The notes under the pieces are model-generated. The model was given only the letters and a program-made list of their open reading frames with translations, ran no database searches and was not told the DNA's origin. Below are positions 51,266-62,868 of a stretch of 64,000 nt of DNA, one piece after another. Made by a program: the position numbers and the translations under genes. Every line of letters begins with the position of its first letter. Position 1 is the stretch's first letter. The stretch is from contig NC_068988.1 of NCBI RefSeq assembly GCF_001194135.2, positions 60,617,632-60,681,631 of the forward strand, given 5' to 3'. Source of the stretch: Octopus bimaculoides. Its lineage: Eukaryota.

Positions 51266-51606
51266 AAGGGTAAAGGCTCCCTTCAGTCATGAATGACCAT
51301 AGGATTGCACCTAGAAAGTTCCCATCCAAAGCGCAGGTCCTGGCAAGGTTGTTTATGGAAGACCAGCAATCGCCCGTGCATACTAGCCTCCCCGCTTCAT
51401 GCCACCGATGTTACCCAAGGGAAAGGCAAAGGTCGATACAACTAGCCACCAGTGACGATGTAACTCATTTTTGCAGCTGAGTGAACTGGAGCACCGTGAT
51501 ATAAAGTGTCATGCTCAAGAAGATAACACACAATCCAGTCCGGGAATCGAACTCGCTACCGCATGATTGTAAGCCCGACGTTCTAACCATTGAGCCATGT
51601 GCCTTC
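51266..51606 (-). mobile_element. SINE family D, near full length
   Basis: Minus-strand head GCACATGGCTCAATGGTTAGAACGTCGGG..GAGTTCGATTCCCG, CORE block, tail ..GACTGAAGGGAGCCTTTACCC. Confidence 0.9.
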
Positions 51607-52523
51607 ATATCTGTATAGTAGTCATGTCAATATTGAGTAACAATTGTGATTACGTCAGTACAGAGACACTGTAATAATCAACAGCTGTGTCTGTATAAAG
51701 TAATATTAGCAGTTATTTCATTCAGAGTTACTATTGCAGTTCTGTCGGAATAGAAGTAGCGTAGAATTCATGGTATTATATAGAATCAGTTTAGTAGTAA
51801 CGTTAAAATAGATCTACGTGTAGCCTTCGAATTGGCTGAGTCGTGAGGGAGTAGGATAAATTATTTCGTGATATCTGTTCCGAATTTCTGCTCTACACTT
51901 CAAATTTAAATCCCGCTGCAATCAATCTTTCCGTTCATGCTTTCATCTTCAACCCCTGGATATGACTGTGTCAAGACCTAGGATTCACATACCTGGTTTC
52001 CGTACTCTGTAAGTGATCGGGATCATAGCATTCGCCTTGAACAGGTCACTAGTCCATCGCATGGTTACTCATTTACAACCGAATGAACAGGAGCTACATG
52101 AAAAGAAGTGTTTTGCTCTGTATTGGCCCAAATTGAACTGTATTGGCCCAAGCTGGTGCCTTTTTACTCGGATAAACATTGGTGGCGTGGGGAGAAACTT
52201 TGATGCATGGGTAGCTATTGGATCTCCACAAAAAAAATCTTGTTCAAGCTTACACATATATGTGCTAGTGCATTGTCAATGTTAATCGACGACGGAAGCC
52301 TTACAACAAGCAGTCAACTGAATGTCACTGTAGCAGTCATATTAATAAATATAGAATTACCGTAGCAGTTTCAATATAGCACTCAATGGAGTATCACTAC
52401 AGCATTCGTGTCAATGAATATAGAGTCTCCGTTGCAGTTTTTTTAATCCAGAGTTAATATAGAGTGACCATAACAGTTTACAATACAGCAGTTTATAGAG
52501 TCATTGTAGCTGTCTTGATAATA

Positions 52524-53102
52524 CGAGGAGAGGTTGAAAAGTCCATAAGCTGACTATGAAGGAGAGGTGCTAGAGCTGTGAAATCTTGCATGCATTAATT
52601 TCAACCCTTCTTATAAATAACTGCATTGTTTCTTTCCGGGTAAACTCACAACTGACTGCTCAAAGAAGACTTCAAAAGCAATTAGTAGCAACTTTGCTTG
52701 AAAATTCTCTTGAAATTTAGCATCGTAGTGTTGTCAAGTACCTTCAAAGAAAGGTTTAGCCTCCAACCACATTCATGCTGACATGGTTGCTATATTAAGG
52801 GATCACGCTTCAACTTTATCAACAGTGCAAAAGTGGGAAACTGAATTAAGTTCTGGAGAAGGGAGAGTCTTGACGATGACCCAAGGTCTTGACATCCTGC
52901 AACTACTACGACCATAGAAAACTTTGATCGTGTTCACCACATGGTGGTGGATGGTAGGCGATTGACGATAAATCAAATAGCTAACGCTATTAGCATATCA
53001 TGCAAGAAAGTTGAAGATATTCTGCTGTTTCTGCTCGGTGGATACTACGTATTCTGACACCTGATCAAAAGCGCACCAAGCTGATCACATCACGGGAAAA
53101 TC
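52524..53102 (+). mobile_element. mariner (DD34D-type) 5' half, truncated
   Basis: TA|CGAGG left end; HRSVVKYL, STVQKW, RGRESLDDDPRS, DGRRLTINQIANAISIS, SARW.LRILTPDQK (WVPxxL motif). No catalytic domain or right TIR. Confidence 0.85.
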
Positions 53103-53174
53103 TCGTAAATATCAATCTATCGTAGCAGATTTTAGGACAGAGGTCAATAAAGTGTCACTTTAGCAGATATCTTT

Positions 53175-53412
53175 TATCTTTTATTTGTTTCAGTCTTTAG
53201 ACTGCGGTCATACTGGAGCACCGCCTTGAAGAATTTTCAGCCAAATGTATCGACCCCAGTACTTACTTTTTATAAACCTGCTACTAATTCTATCGGACCT
53301 TTTGGCCGAATCGCAAAGTTACAGGGACGTAAACACACCAGCACCGCTTTCAAGCGGTGGTGGTGGTGGACAAAGACAGACACAAAGACAGACAGACAGA
53401 CACAGACACACA

Positions 53413-53446
<34 letters not shown>

Positions 53447-53620
53447 TATATACGACGGGGTTCTGTCAGCTTCCCTCCACCAAATCCACTCACATGGCTT
53501 TGGTCGGTCCGAGGCCATAGTAGAAGACACTTGCTCAAGGTGCCACGCTGTGGAACTGAACCCTGAACCATGTGGCAGGGAAGCAAGCTTCTTACCACAC
53601 AGCCACGATGCCTGCGCCTA
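53175..53620 (-). mobile_element. SINE family A, full length
   Basis: Reverse complement of 9596-9988 over the whole length. Confidence 0.9.
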
Positions 53621-54245
53621 GATATGTTAATAAATGTAGAGTTACTGATGTCATCCAACTGGAAACGTAACTTGANNNNNNNNNNNNNNNNNNNNNNNNN
53701 NNNNNNNNNNNNNNNNNNNNNNNNNNNNNNNNNNNNNNNNNNNNNNNNNNNNNNNNNNNNNNNNNNNNNNNNNNNNNNNNNNNNNNNNNNNNNNNNNNNN
53801 NNNNNNNNNNNNNNNNNNNNNNNNNNNNNNNNNNNNNNNNNNNNNNNNNNNNNNNNNNNNNNNNNNNNNNNNNNNNNNNNNNNNNNNNNNNNNNNNNNNN
53901 NNNNNNNNNNNNNNNNNNNNNNNNNNNNNNNNNNNNNNNNNNNNNNNNNNNNNNNNNNNNNNNNNNNNNNNNNNNNNNNNNNNNNNNNNNNNNNNNNNNN
54001 NNNNNNNNNNNNNNNNNNNNNNNNNNNNNNNNNNNNNNNNNNNNNNNNNNNNNNNNNNNNNNNNNNNNNNNNNNNNNNNNNNNNNNNNNNNNNNNNNNNN
54101 NNNNNNNNNNNNNNNNNNNNNNNNNNNNNNNNNNNNNNNNNNNNNNNNNNNNNNNNNNNNNNNNNNNNNNNNNNNNNNNNNNNNNNNNNNNNNNNNNNNN
54201 NNNNNNNNNNNNNNNNNNNNNNNNNNNNNNNNNNNNNNNNNNNNN

Positions 54246-54470
54246 GTCATCGTCGTCGACGTCATCGGCGTCGACGTCATCGGCGTCGACGTCATCGGCG
54301 TCGACGTCATCGTCGTTGACGTTATCGTCGTCGACGCCATCGTCGTCGACGTCATCGTCGTCGACGTTATCGGCGTTGACGTTATCGCCGTTGACGTTAT
54401 CGTCGTCGACGTTATCGGCGTTGACGTTATCGTCGTCGACGTTATCGTCGTCGACGTTATCGTCGTAGTT
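54246..54470 (+). repeat. CpG-rich 15-bp minisatellite (GACGT[CT]ATCG[GT]CGT[CT])n
   Basis: About 15 visible units, left edge in gap; decays into (CGT/CAT)n to ~54570. Confidence 0.95.
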
Positions 54471-55114
54471 TTTCTCGTTGTCGTCTTCACCATGATAAAC
54501 GTCATCCCATCATCATCGTCATCGTCGTCGTCATCGTCGTCGTTATCGTCAGTATCATCAACATCGTCTCTATTATTACGAAGACTGAGAATCGTTACTC
54601 CTCCCGCGTGACCATAATGATTACTACCCTTCTTCCGCTACCTTTCCAACTTTCTTATGATCCTCTTCATCCTCGTCCTCATCATCGACATCGTTATCGA
54701 CTACGTTTGTGATACTGTCATCCGGGGGGCGGGGGGTATGAACTATAGAGAAAGGAAGGAAGGAAGAAAGAAACGTAGAAAAATACAAAGGAGGGTAAGA
54801 GAGATAGAAAAGAAGAGAGCGACAGGGAAAGGAAGAGAGAGAGAGACAGATAGATAGATAGAAAGAGAGAAAAAGGAGAGGGAGAAAGAGAGGAGAGAGA
54901 GAGAGAGAAAAGGGAGAAGAAAGAGAAAAAAGGGAGAAGAGAGAGAAAGAGAGAGATTGGGAGAGATGGAGCAGAAAATGACAGGAAAAGATACCGGGAA
55001 CTGCTATTTTACAGTTGGTTGACCAGAAATAACGACTGTTTCTTATCAAAGAACTGGCTGTCATTCCCATTTCTACTTGTCACACAACGCAGTAATGAGA
55101 ATGTCCTCTACAGT

Positions 55115-55477
55115 ACAGTTCTATATTTAATAGATGAGGAATTATGTACATTATTTACATTCGACGGATATTTGTCCTCATCTTGTTTGTTGTTAACACA
55201 ACGTTTCGGCTGATATACCCTCCAGCCTTCATCAGCTGTCTTGAGGAAATAAATTTCGAACCTGGGTTCTCATTCCTAAGGTATTTTTCGATGTTATTAT
55301 TATTATTATTATTATTATTGAGGTCACTGCTTGGAATCGAACTCGGAATCTTGGGGTTAGTAGCTCGCGCTCTTAACCACTACGCCATATGGAGGCTGGA
55401 AGGTATATCAACCGAAATGTTGTGTTAACAACAAACAAGATGAAGGCAAATATCCATGAAATGTAAATAATGTAAAT
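55115..55477 (-). mobile_element. tRNA-headed short element carrying a hammerhead motif, with inverted partial copy and 15-bp TSD
   Basis: TSD AATGTCCTCTACAGT at 55100-55114 and 55478-55492. Minus strand: A box TGGCGTAGTGG (55377-87), B box GAGTTCGATTCC (55333-44), (AAT)n, hammerhead, AT-rich tail. 55388-55477 is a plus-strand copy of its 3' part. Confidence 0.85.
55195..55242 (-). ncRNA. Minimal type I hammerhead ribozyme motif (PLE type)
   Basis: AAGACAG-CTGATGA-A-GGCTG(GAGGGTATAT)CAGCC-GAAA-CG-TT^GTGTT. 5-bp stem II, palindromic ACGT stem III, GUU triplet; closing pair of stem I is G.G in this copy. Confidence 0.7.
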
Positions 55478-55672
55478 AATGTCCTCTACAGTGTCCAGGA
55501 CTTTTTTCCCTTGGTATTTCCGAGTGGACTTCAGGATTTCATTTGATTTCGTGTACACACGACGCTGCGCATCAATGTGGTATCAGGTTCGGTCCTGCTG
55601 CGTGGTATCTTGCAGGTAAATGCTATATGAATGAATTCGGTAGACAGTAACTGTGTGAAAGCCTCTCATATA

Positions 55673-56485
55673 CAGGGTTTTCGGCTTAAATTTTAATTTT
55701 CATAAAAGGAAAAGAAAGCATAATATCTCATGTAGACACCCTCAACTTCTATCGCAGCTTCAAGACGGCTCCGGAACCTGGTACATGCGTTCCTCGTTGT
55801 GTTCCCGAGAAGAAGGAACACCTTTGATCTTGGCCACCAGCTCCACCTTGGCTGAATGGTTGGTGTCTTTCTCAACTGCGCTCCACACATAGTAATCCAT
55901 GAGATTGCAATCGGAGGAATGAGAAACGAAGTTGTAGAAATTCTCTGACAACTGACTCTCTCCGGTAGTATGATACGAAAACGAGTCCTGCTGCTACTCA
56001 TGTGGCGTTCCAACAGCAACTCTCTCCAGCCAGGGCATGACCACAGACTCCAGCAGCCTCACATAACCGTCTGAATTGAGCCTAAGACCCTGTTTAAAGA
56101 TGTGTGGCTGAATTACGGCGTCCGGGCGTAGTCAGAGCGTCTGCTGTGTTCCTTCTTGCTGGCTACAGCTTCGTAATCTCCGTTGCAACTGTCCATGTCA
56201 CGTCTTACACACTTTATAGTGTTCATAGGGCATTGAACAGCAGTGATGACGTCGGCATTTTGATACCCAGCACGACTCATTACGATACTTGTAACTCTTT
56301 TCTAATATTCAAATGGTTTCCAGTCTCCCATGTCGGCTAACTTTTGCTCAACTATAATGTTAACCATTATGCTCTTCGACGCCGTTGTCTCTTCACCAAT
56401 ACACCAAGCTGCTCCTGCAAAAGAAAAAAAAAAGGAGATATTAAAACTTGTTAAGCACCCTAATTATATCTTTCCGAAAACCCTG
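55673..56485 (-). mobile_element. Internally deleted DD37D (maT)-type Tc1/mariner element
   Basis: 12-bp perfect TIR CAGGGTTTTCGG with TA on both sides; N-terminal SRAGYQNADVI..HSRRSDYARTP joined to GLRLNSDGYVRLLESVVMPWLERV..QQDS..SDCNLMDYYVWSAVEKDTN. Confidence 0.88.
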
Positions 56486-57599
56486 TATATGCCTTTCACC
56501 TTTTGTCTTTTACACGCTTCAGTCAATAGACCATGGCCAAGCTAGGGCACTTCCTGGAAGGGTTGTAGTTGAACGAATCGAACCCGGTATTTATTTTTAA
56601 AGCCTAGCCCTTATTCTATCAGTCTACTTTTGCGGAGCCACCAAGTTAAGGTGACGTAAAGAAACCAGCACCATATATATACAGGTAGATGTAGGTGTGC
56701 ACATACTTGCACGTATATATGCATATACTCATTTATTATTTGTTTTACATGATCGAACGTACGCGTCATCCCTGCAAGTAAGTTTTGAACTTTATATTTT
56801 CTGACGCGACTCTATCTATCTCTGTATCTTTTCCCCCTCTCGTTCTTCCTTCTGTTACTACTATATCTCTCTCTTCCTCTCTTTCTCTCGTTGCTCACCT
56901 ATTTTCTACTTCTTCCCCTTTTTTCTCCCTCTACCACTCTTTCTCCTTACCCCTCGCTGGTCACATGTGTCCAGCTACTAATTCTTTTCTTCCTTGGCTA
57001 TCGCCAAGCAAACATACGAACCTACTTCGTCCCGCTTCCTTCCAGTTCGTTGCTTCACAGCGTTCAATATACACATAATTTTTCACGTCTGGCCGTATAA
57101 CCTTTTCCGTTTGNNNNNNNNNNNNNNNNNNNNNNNNNNNNNNNNNNNNNNNNNNNNNNNNNNNNNNNNNNNNNNNNNNNNNNNNNNNNNNNNNNNNNNN
57201 NNNNNNNNNNNNNNNNNNNNNNNNNNNNNNNNNNNNNNNNNNNNNNNNNNNNNNNNNNNNNNNNNNTTTGTGGTCCGTGGGAAGAGCCATTTTAACGATG
57301 CGTCCTGCCCTAACTCTTTGAAACGCCTGTGTTAGAATGGTAGCAGCTGATGAAGGAAAATGTTCTCTATGTGGCCTGTGTGTTTTCTGTACTCTGGTTA
57401 TTATTATTTTTTTTTGTCTACGTTTTGTTTGCAACGTCTTGTACCCAGATATGCACCTATATATACAGGTAGATGTAGGTATGCACATGCTTGTACGTAT
57501 ATATGCATATACTCATTTATTATTTGTTTTATATATATATATATATATATGTATATGTATGTATGTGTGTTTTTTTCAATGTTTACAAACAACACGGAA

Positions 57600-57900
57600 A
57601 AAATAAATAAATAGTTACCAGGGTAGCAAAAATTCACACAAGTACCAAGGATGTAACAGCCTACTTATAGAGGTAGAAACTCCAGGTATAAATGAAATGT
57701 TTTTGTATGATATAGGTAAATACATAAATAAATGGAATTAAATGGATTCTGTTAAAATGTCTTATTGATGTGTTTGGTTTCTTCCTTTGCTTGATAAGAT
57801 TGCTTTGTTTTACACCATTTTATTCCTTCTGGAATAATACCAATGTTTTCTTCGAAACATATGTCGGAAGTAAAAAGATTTAAATAACACCTGCGTTTAA
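57600..57900. mobile_element. Paralogue of the 39545-39780 PLE-like terminal repeat, rearranged with an inverted segment
   Basis: CTTCGAAACATATGTCGGAA retained (~57850-57869); ACCAGGGTAGCAAA and GAGGTAGAAACTCC are reverse complements of motifs at 39700-39765; no intact CTGANGA box. Confidence 0.65.
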
Positions 57901-58737
57901 CTCTCTCTCTCTCACCCTCTCTCTCACCCACTCTCNNNNNNNNNNNNNNNNNNNNNNNNNNNNNNNNNNNNNNNNNNNNNNNNNNNNNNNNNNNNNNNNN
58001 NNNNNNNNNNNNNNNNNNNNNNNNNNNNNNNNNNNNNNNNNNNNNNNNNNNNNNNNNNNNNNNNNNNNNNNNNNNNNNNNNNNNNNNNNNNNNNNNNNNN
58101 NNNNNNNNNNNNNNNNNNNNNNNNNNNNNNNNNNNNNNNNNNNNNNNNNNNNNNNNNNNNNNNNNNNNNNNNNNNNNNNNNNNNNNNNNNNNNNNNNNNN
58201 NNNNNNNNNNNNNNNNNNNNNNNNNNNNNNNNNNNNNNNNNNNNNNNNNNNNNNNNNNNNNNNNNNNNNNNNNNNNNNNNNNNNNNNNNNNNNNNNNNNN
58301 NNNNNNNNNNNNNNNNNNNNNNNNNNNNNNNNNNNNNNNNNNNNNNNNNNNNNNNNNNNNNNNNNNNNNNNNNNNNNNNNNNNNNNNNNNNNNNNNNNNN
58401 NNNNNNNNNNNNNNNNNNNNNNNNNNNNNNNNNNNNNNNNNNNNNNNNNNNNNNNNNNNNNNNNNNNNNNNNNNNNNNNNNNNNNNNNNNNNNNNNNNNN
58501 NNNNNNNNNNNNNNNNNNNNNNNNNNNNNNNNNNNNNNNNNNNNNNNNNNNNNNNNNNNNNNNNNNNNNNNNNNNNNNNNNNNNGCACTCCACAGACACG
58601 TGTAATGCAGTACGATCGTTTCATGCAACTCCATTTAATTGAACAATGCAATCATTACATCAATTTAAAATGCAGAGCAATCCTCAGCTGCACAAAGACA
58701 TAGAAGTTAATTAAATTAGAACAGATGGACACATTAC

Positions 58738-58791
<54 letters not shown>

Positions 58792-58802
58792 CATTTATAA
58801 AA

Positions 58803-59086
58803 TGGTAATGACCTCCTTCGGTTATGAATGACCTTGGAATTGCCCCTAGAAAGTTCTCCTTTTAAGCCCAAGTCCGGAAAACCAACAGTCGCCCATGCCT
58901 TCCCTCTTCACCGATGGGAAAAGCAAAGAGGCTGATACAGCTTGGCACCAGTGACGTCGCAATTCCTTTCTGTAGCTGACTGAACTGGAGCAACGTGAAA
59001 TAAAGTGCCTTGCTCAAGAACACAACACACAGCCCGGTCCGGAAATCGAACTCCCATCTCCTGATTGTGAGCCCGACGCTCTAAAC
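58803..59086 (-). mobile_element. SINE family D with deletions
   Basis: Homologous to 51266-51606; head interrupted by the hAT element. Confidence 0.85.
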
Positions 59087-59273
59087 CAGTGCTCCGCAAC
59101 CAGTATCCCGCGGCACACCGGTGTGTCACGAGACGATGCTAGGTGTGCCGCAGTGTAATCTGAATATATATTTTCCCTTTATATTTTTCGTTATATTTAT
59201 CGTTCAGGTGTGCCGCCGAATTTTGAAAAGAATATAAAATGTGCCGCAAGTGGGAAAAGTTCGCGTAGGACAG
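59087..59273. mobile_element. Non-autonomous hAT (Charlie-like) element
   Basis: Starts CAGTGCTCCGCAAC, repeated GTGTGCCGC subterminal motifs, ends AAAAGTTCGCGTAGGACAG; 8-bp flanks CTCTAAAC/TTCTAAAT (6/8) fit a decayed hAT TSD. Confidence 0.65.
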
Positions 59274-60661
59274 TTCTAAATCACTGAGCTCACAAGGCTT
59301 TGGTCGGCCCTGAGCTATAGTAGAAGATACTTGCACAAGTACTGCGCAGTGGGACTGAACCCGGAACCATGCTGTTGAGAAGCAAGATTTGTTTTTAGCT
59401 ACATATATGTATGTGCATGGATATACACTCACACGTATAAATTATGCACCAGCTATGGATTAGTACAATCTGCTAGAGATTAAGCCTGAGAAATATTATT
59501 GGATTTCTTCAATTTACCTTCCTTGCTTTTGTAGCTGGTAATGATGATAACTATGATGATGGTGATTATATCGAAGAAGATAACAACGACATAAACAAAG
59601 ACGGCGACAATGGCGACGACGACCATGATGACGACAATGACAATGATTATAATAATGGTGACGTTAATAACGATGTTGTTGTTGTTGTTGGTCGGAACGC
59701 TAGTGTCTCATTCATGTGAATGGGAGGAGCCATTTCAAGCCAAACCGATCACTAACTAATTCATAAATATGGTAACATACAGTTTATGGATGACTGAGTG
59801 ACTGAACGGGTGAAGCGAGTGGGTTGAGCGCTGTGCGTGGTTTGTTGGTGGTGGTACTTGGTCAGGAGAAAAAGAATCATTTCTTTAGCAACTCTATGTT
59901 ATTAATTGATTTTTCACCACCACCACCACCACCACCACCACCACCGCCNNNNNNNNNNNNNNNNNNNNNNNNNNNNNNNNNNNNNNNNNNNNNNNNNNNN
60001 NNNNNNNNNNNNNNNNNNNNNNNNNNNNNNNNNNNNNNNNNNNNNNNNNNNNNNNNNNNNNNNNNNNNNNNNNNNNNNNNNNNNNNNNNNNNNNNNNNNN
60101 NNNNNNNNNNNNNNNNNNNNNNNNNNNNNNNNNNNNNNNNNNNNNNNNNNNNNNNNNNNNNNNNNNNNNNNNNNNNNNNNNNNNNNNNNNNNNNNNNNNN
60201 NNNNNNNNNNNNNNNNNNNNNNNNNNNNNNNNNNNNNNNNNNNNNNNNNNNNNNNNNNNNNNNNNNNNNNNNNNNNNNNNNNNNNNNNNNNNNNNNNNNN
60301 NNNNNNNNNNNNNNNNNNNNNNNNNNNNNNNNNNNNNNNNNNNNNNNNNNNNNNNNNNNNNNNNNNNNNNNNNNNNNNNNNNNNNNNNNNNNNNNNNNNN
60401 NNNNNNNNNNNNNNNNNNNNNNNNNNNNNNNNNNNNNNNNNNNNNNNNNNNNNNNNNNNNNNNCCACCACCACCACCACCACCACCACCACAAATCCCCC
60501 CTTACCATCATTATCATCAACACAATGACAACTACCACAGCCACGACAACGACCACCAATGGCATTGCACCACACAAGCAGCACCATCACTCATGCCATT
60601 ACCACCGTAATCACCACAACCACTAACACCACCACCACTATCCCCATCTCATCACTACCCG

Positions 60662-60709
<48 letters not shown>

Positions 60710-61199
60710 TATCTACGGTTTCTTTCCACCTCACAGCTTTCTTCCGTTCCCCTCCCCCCATACCCCGACCAACCCGTGCTGTTTGATGGCAGCGTATAAG
60801 AAATATATTAATAAATACAAAAACAGCCTTCATTCGATTGGTATTGATCACACATTTTCCCAATATTTGGAAACAACACACGCAAAAGGAAACAATAAAA
60901 AATAAATAATAAAAATAAAGCGAGGACTACCGAGGCTATTTAAGATGTCAGCTGAACAACATTTCATAAACAGCTATTAAACTGTGGATTGTGAGTTCAA
61001 TCTTAATGCGGAAAATGTAATAAATTTGCAAACTTGAATAAGTTGAAGGCTGGTAATATCATGATTATCTTTTCTATTCACAGCGAAACATTAGTCTACA
61101 GGGACGTTTGAAAGTATTGATTGCATATATTTTATATAAATCTGTGTTGATCTTTATTTCACTTTTGTGTGTGTGCGTGTGTGTGTGTGTATAAGTGAG

Positions 61200-61500
61200 T
61201 GTATAAGTGAGTGGATTTAGTAGACGGAAAATGGAAGAAACCCGTTGTATATGTATATATATGTTTTGTGTGTGTGTGTGTGTATCTTTGTGTGTTTTTC
61301 CCCTCCCCCCAGGATCGCTTCATAACCGATGCTGGTGTGTTTACGTCCCCGTAACTTAGCGGTTCGGCAAAAGAGACCGATTGAATAAGTACTAGGCTTA
61401 CAAAGAATAAGCTCTGGGGTCGATTTGCTCGACTATAAAGGCGGTGCTCCAGCATGGCCGTAGTCAAATGACTGAAACAAGTAAAAGAGTAAAAGAGTAT
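61200..61500 (+). mobile_element. SINE family A, 5'-truncated
   Basis: From GTGAGTGGATTTAGTAGACGG to tail GAAACAAGTAAAAGAGTAAAAGAGTA. Confidence 0.9.
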
Positions 61501-61589
61501 ATATATGTATACATTCATATATGTATAAATATAATCATACATGTACATATACATACATACATACATACATATATATACATACATACGTA

Positions 61590-61870
61590 CAAGCAATTAT
61601 GCGGACGATGCAAAAGTCTCTCAGAAGATACAGAAGCCCGGAGACGTTGCGCTTCTGCAACGTGAGTTGGACGCAAGATACAAGTGGGCTGAAGAAAATG
61701 ACATGCAGTTTAATGTTGGAAAATTACAAGCTCTGCGCTGCCAACACATGAAGATCAATGAAAAGCACTGACCTAGGAGGGATTGCAATCCATGAATCAA
61801 AATTGGTGCGTGACTTAGGCATCGACATGAGTAAAGATGCATCTTCTCAGATGCATATTACGTCCAATAT
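61590..61870 (+). mobile_element. CR1/L2-type LINE reverse transcriptase fragment
   Basis: NYADDAKVSQKI..LLQRELD..KWAEENDMQFNVGK then GIAIHESKLVRDLGI (YADD and RDLG motifs), frameshifted. Confidence 0.85.
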
Positions 61871-62268
61871 GCTAGAAAGAGGTCATCAACGACCCAACCA
61901 CAAAAAAAAAATCATGTTCTTCAGAAGAAATTCAGCAACATACCAGAGCTTAAGCGAGCAGGGCAAAATGAAAAATATATAAAAAAATAAAGAATTAATT
62001 GTGTACTGGTTTCGCCATCAACTCTTTTACCTACGTAAAATCATCCGTGGGTCATCAGCACAATCGTTCTAAAATCAATATAATTTGCAGAACTATACAC
62101 GAATTGTCTTCATAAAATTTGACGTGCGTACATTTCTACCGATTACATTGGGGTTATTTTCAAAATATCTCAGCTCTGGAACGCTAAATTCCGGAAACAG
62201 TTCTGCAGACTATAATTCACTGCAGTATATGTTGCCGGCTAGAAAACATAATTATTTAAATTTATATA

Positions 62269-62526
62269 CTGAGGGTGATAAATTGAATATTAATTTCAAT
62301 TTAAAACCAGTGGTCTAGCATATAAAAAAAAATCTGATAATTCTGGAGAACATGATTTTTCTTTTGTGGTTGGGTCGTTGATGACCTCTTTCTAGCATAT
62401 TGGAAGTCCACCCAGTGGTCATCCCTTCTTATACGCATGTAATACAATTTTTCTGAATGATCAAATTTTTTATATACTAGACCACTGGTTTCAAATTGAA
62501 ATTAATATTCAATTTATCACCCTCAG
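62269..62526. mobile_element. Tc1/mariner-type MITE, ~60-bp TIRs, TA TSD
   Basis: TA|CTGAGGGTGATAAATTGAATATTAATTTCAATTT.AAACCAGTGGTCTAG ... CTAGACCACTGGTTT.AAATTGAAATTAATATTCAATTTATCACCCTCAG|TA. Confidence 0.92.
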
Positions 62527-62546
62527 TATATATATATGATATAGGA

Positions 62547-62868
62547 ACACTTCGTCGGTTACGACGACGAGGGTCTCAGCTGATATGATTAATGGAATAG
62601 CCTGCTTGTGAAATGAACGTGCAAGTAGCTGAGCACTCCACAGGCACGTATACCCTTTACGTAGTTCTCAGGGAAATTCAGCGTGACACAGAGTGTGACA
62701 AGTCTGGCCCTTTTAATTACAGGTACAACTCATTTTTGTCACCTGAGTGGACTGGAGCAACGTGAAATAAAGTGCCTTGTTCAAGGACACAACGCGTCGC
62801 CGGGAATTGAACTCCATGACCTAACAATCGTGAGTCGATTGCCCTAACCACTAAGCCACGCGCCTTCA
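62547..62868 (-). mobile_element. SINE with D-type CORE head and family C tail
   Basis: Head and CORE block as in 51266-51606; 3' part matches 28990-29174. Confidence 0.85.

Noticed and set aside
55320-55391. tRNA gene
   Set aside because: Has A/B boxes but no acceptor-stem pairing, and it continues into (AAT)n and a repeat body; it is a SINE head. The same applies to all other A/B-box hits.
56675-57520. ~70-bp near-identical duplication (56675-56745 and 57450-57520)
   Set aside because: Low-complexity TA-rich sequence with a gap between the copies; could be haplotype or assembly duplication, and no functional reading is supported.
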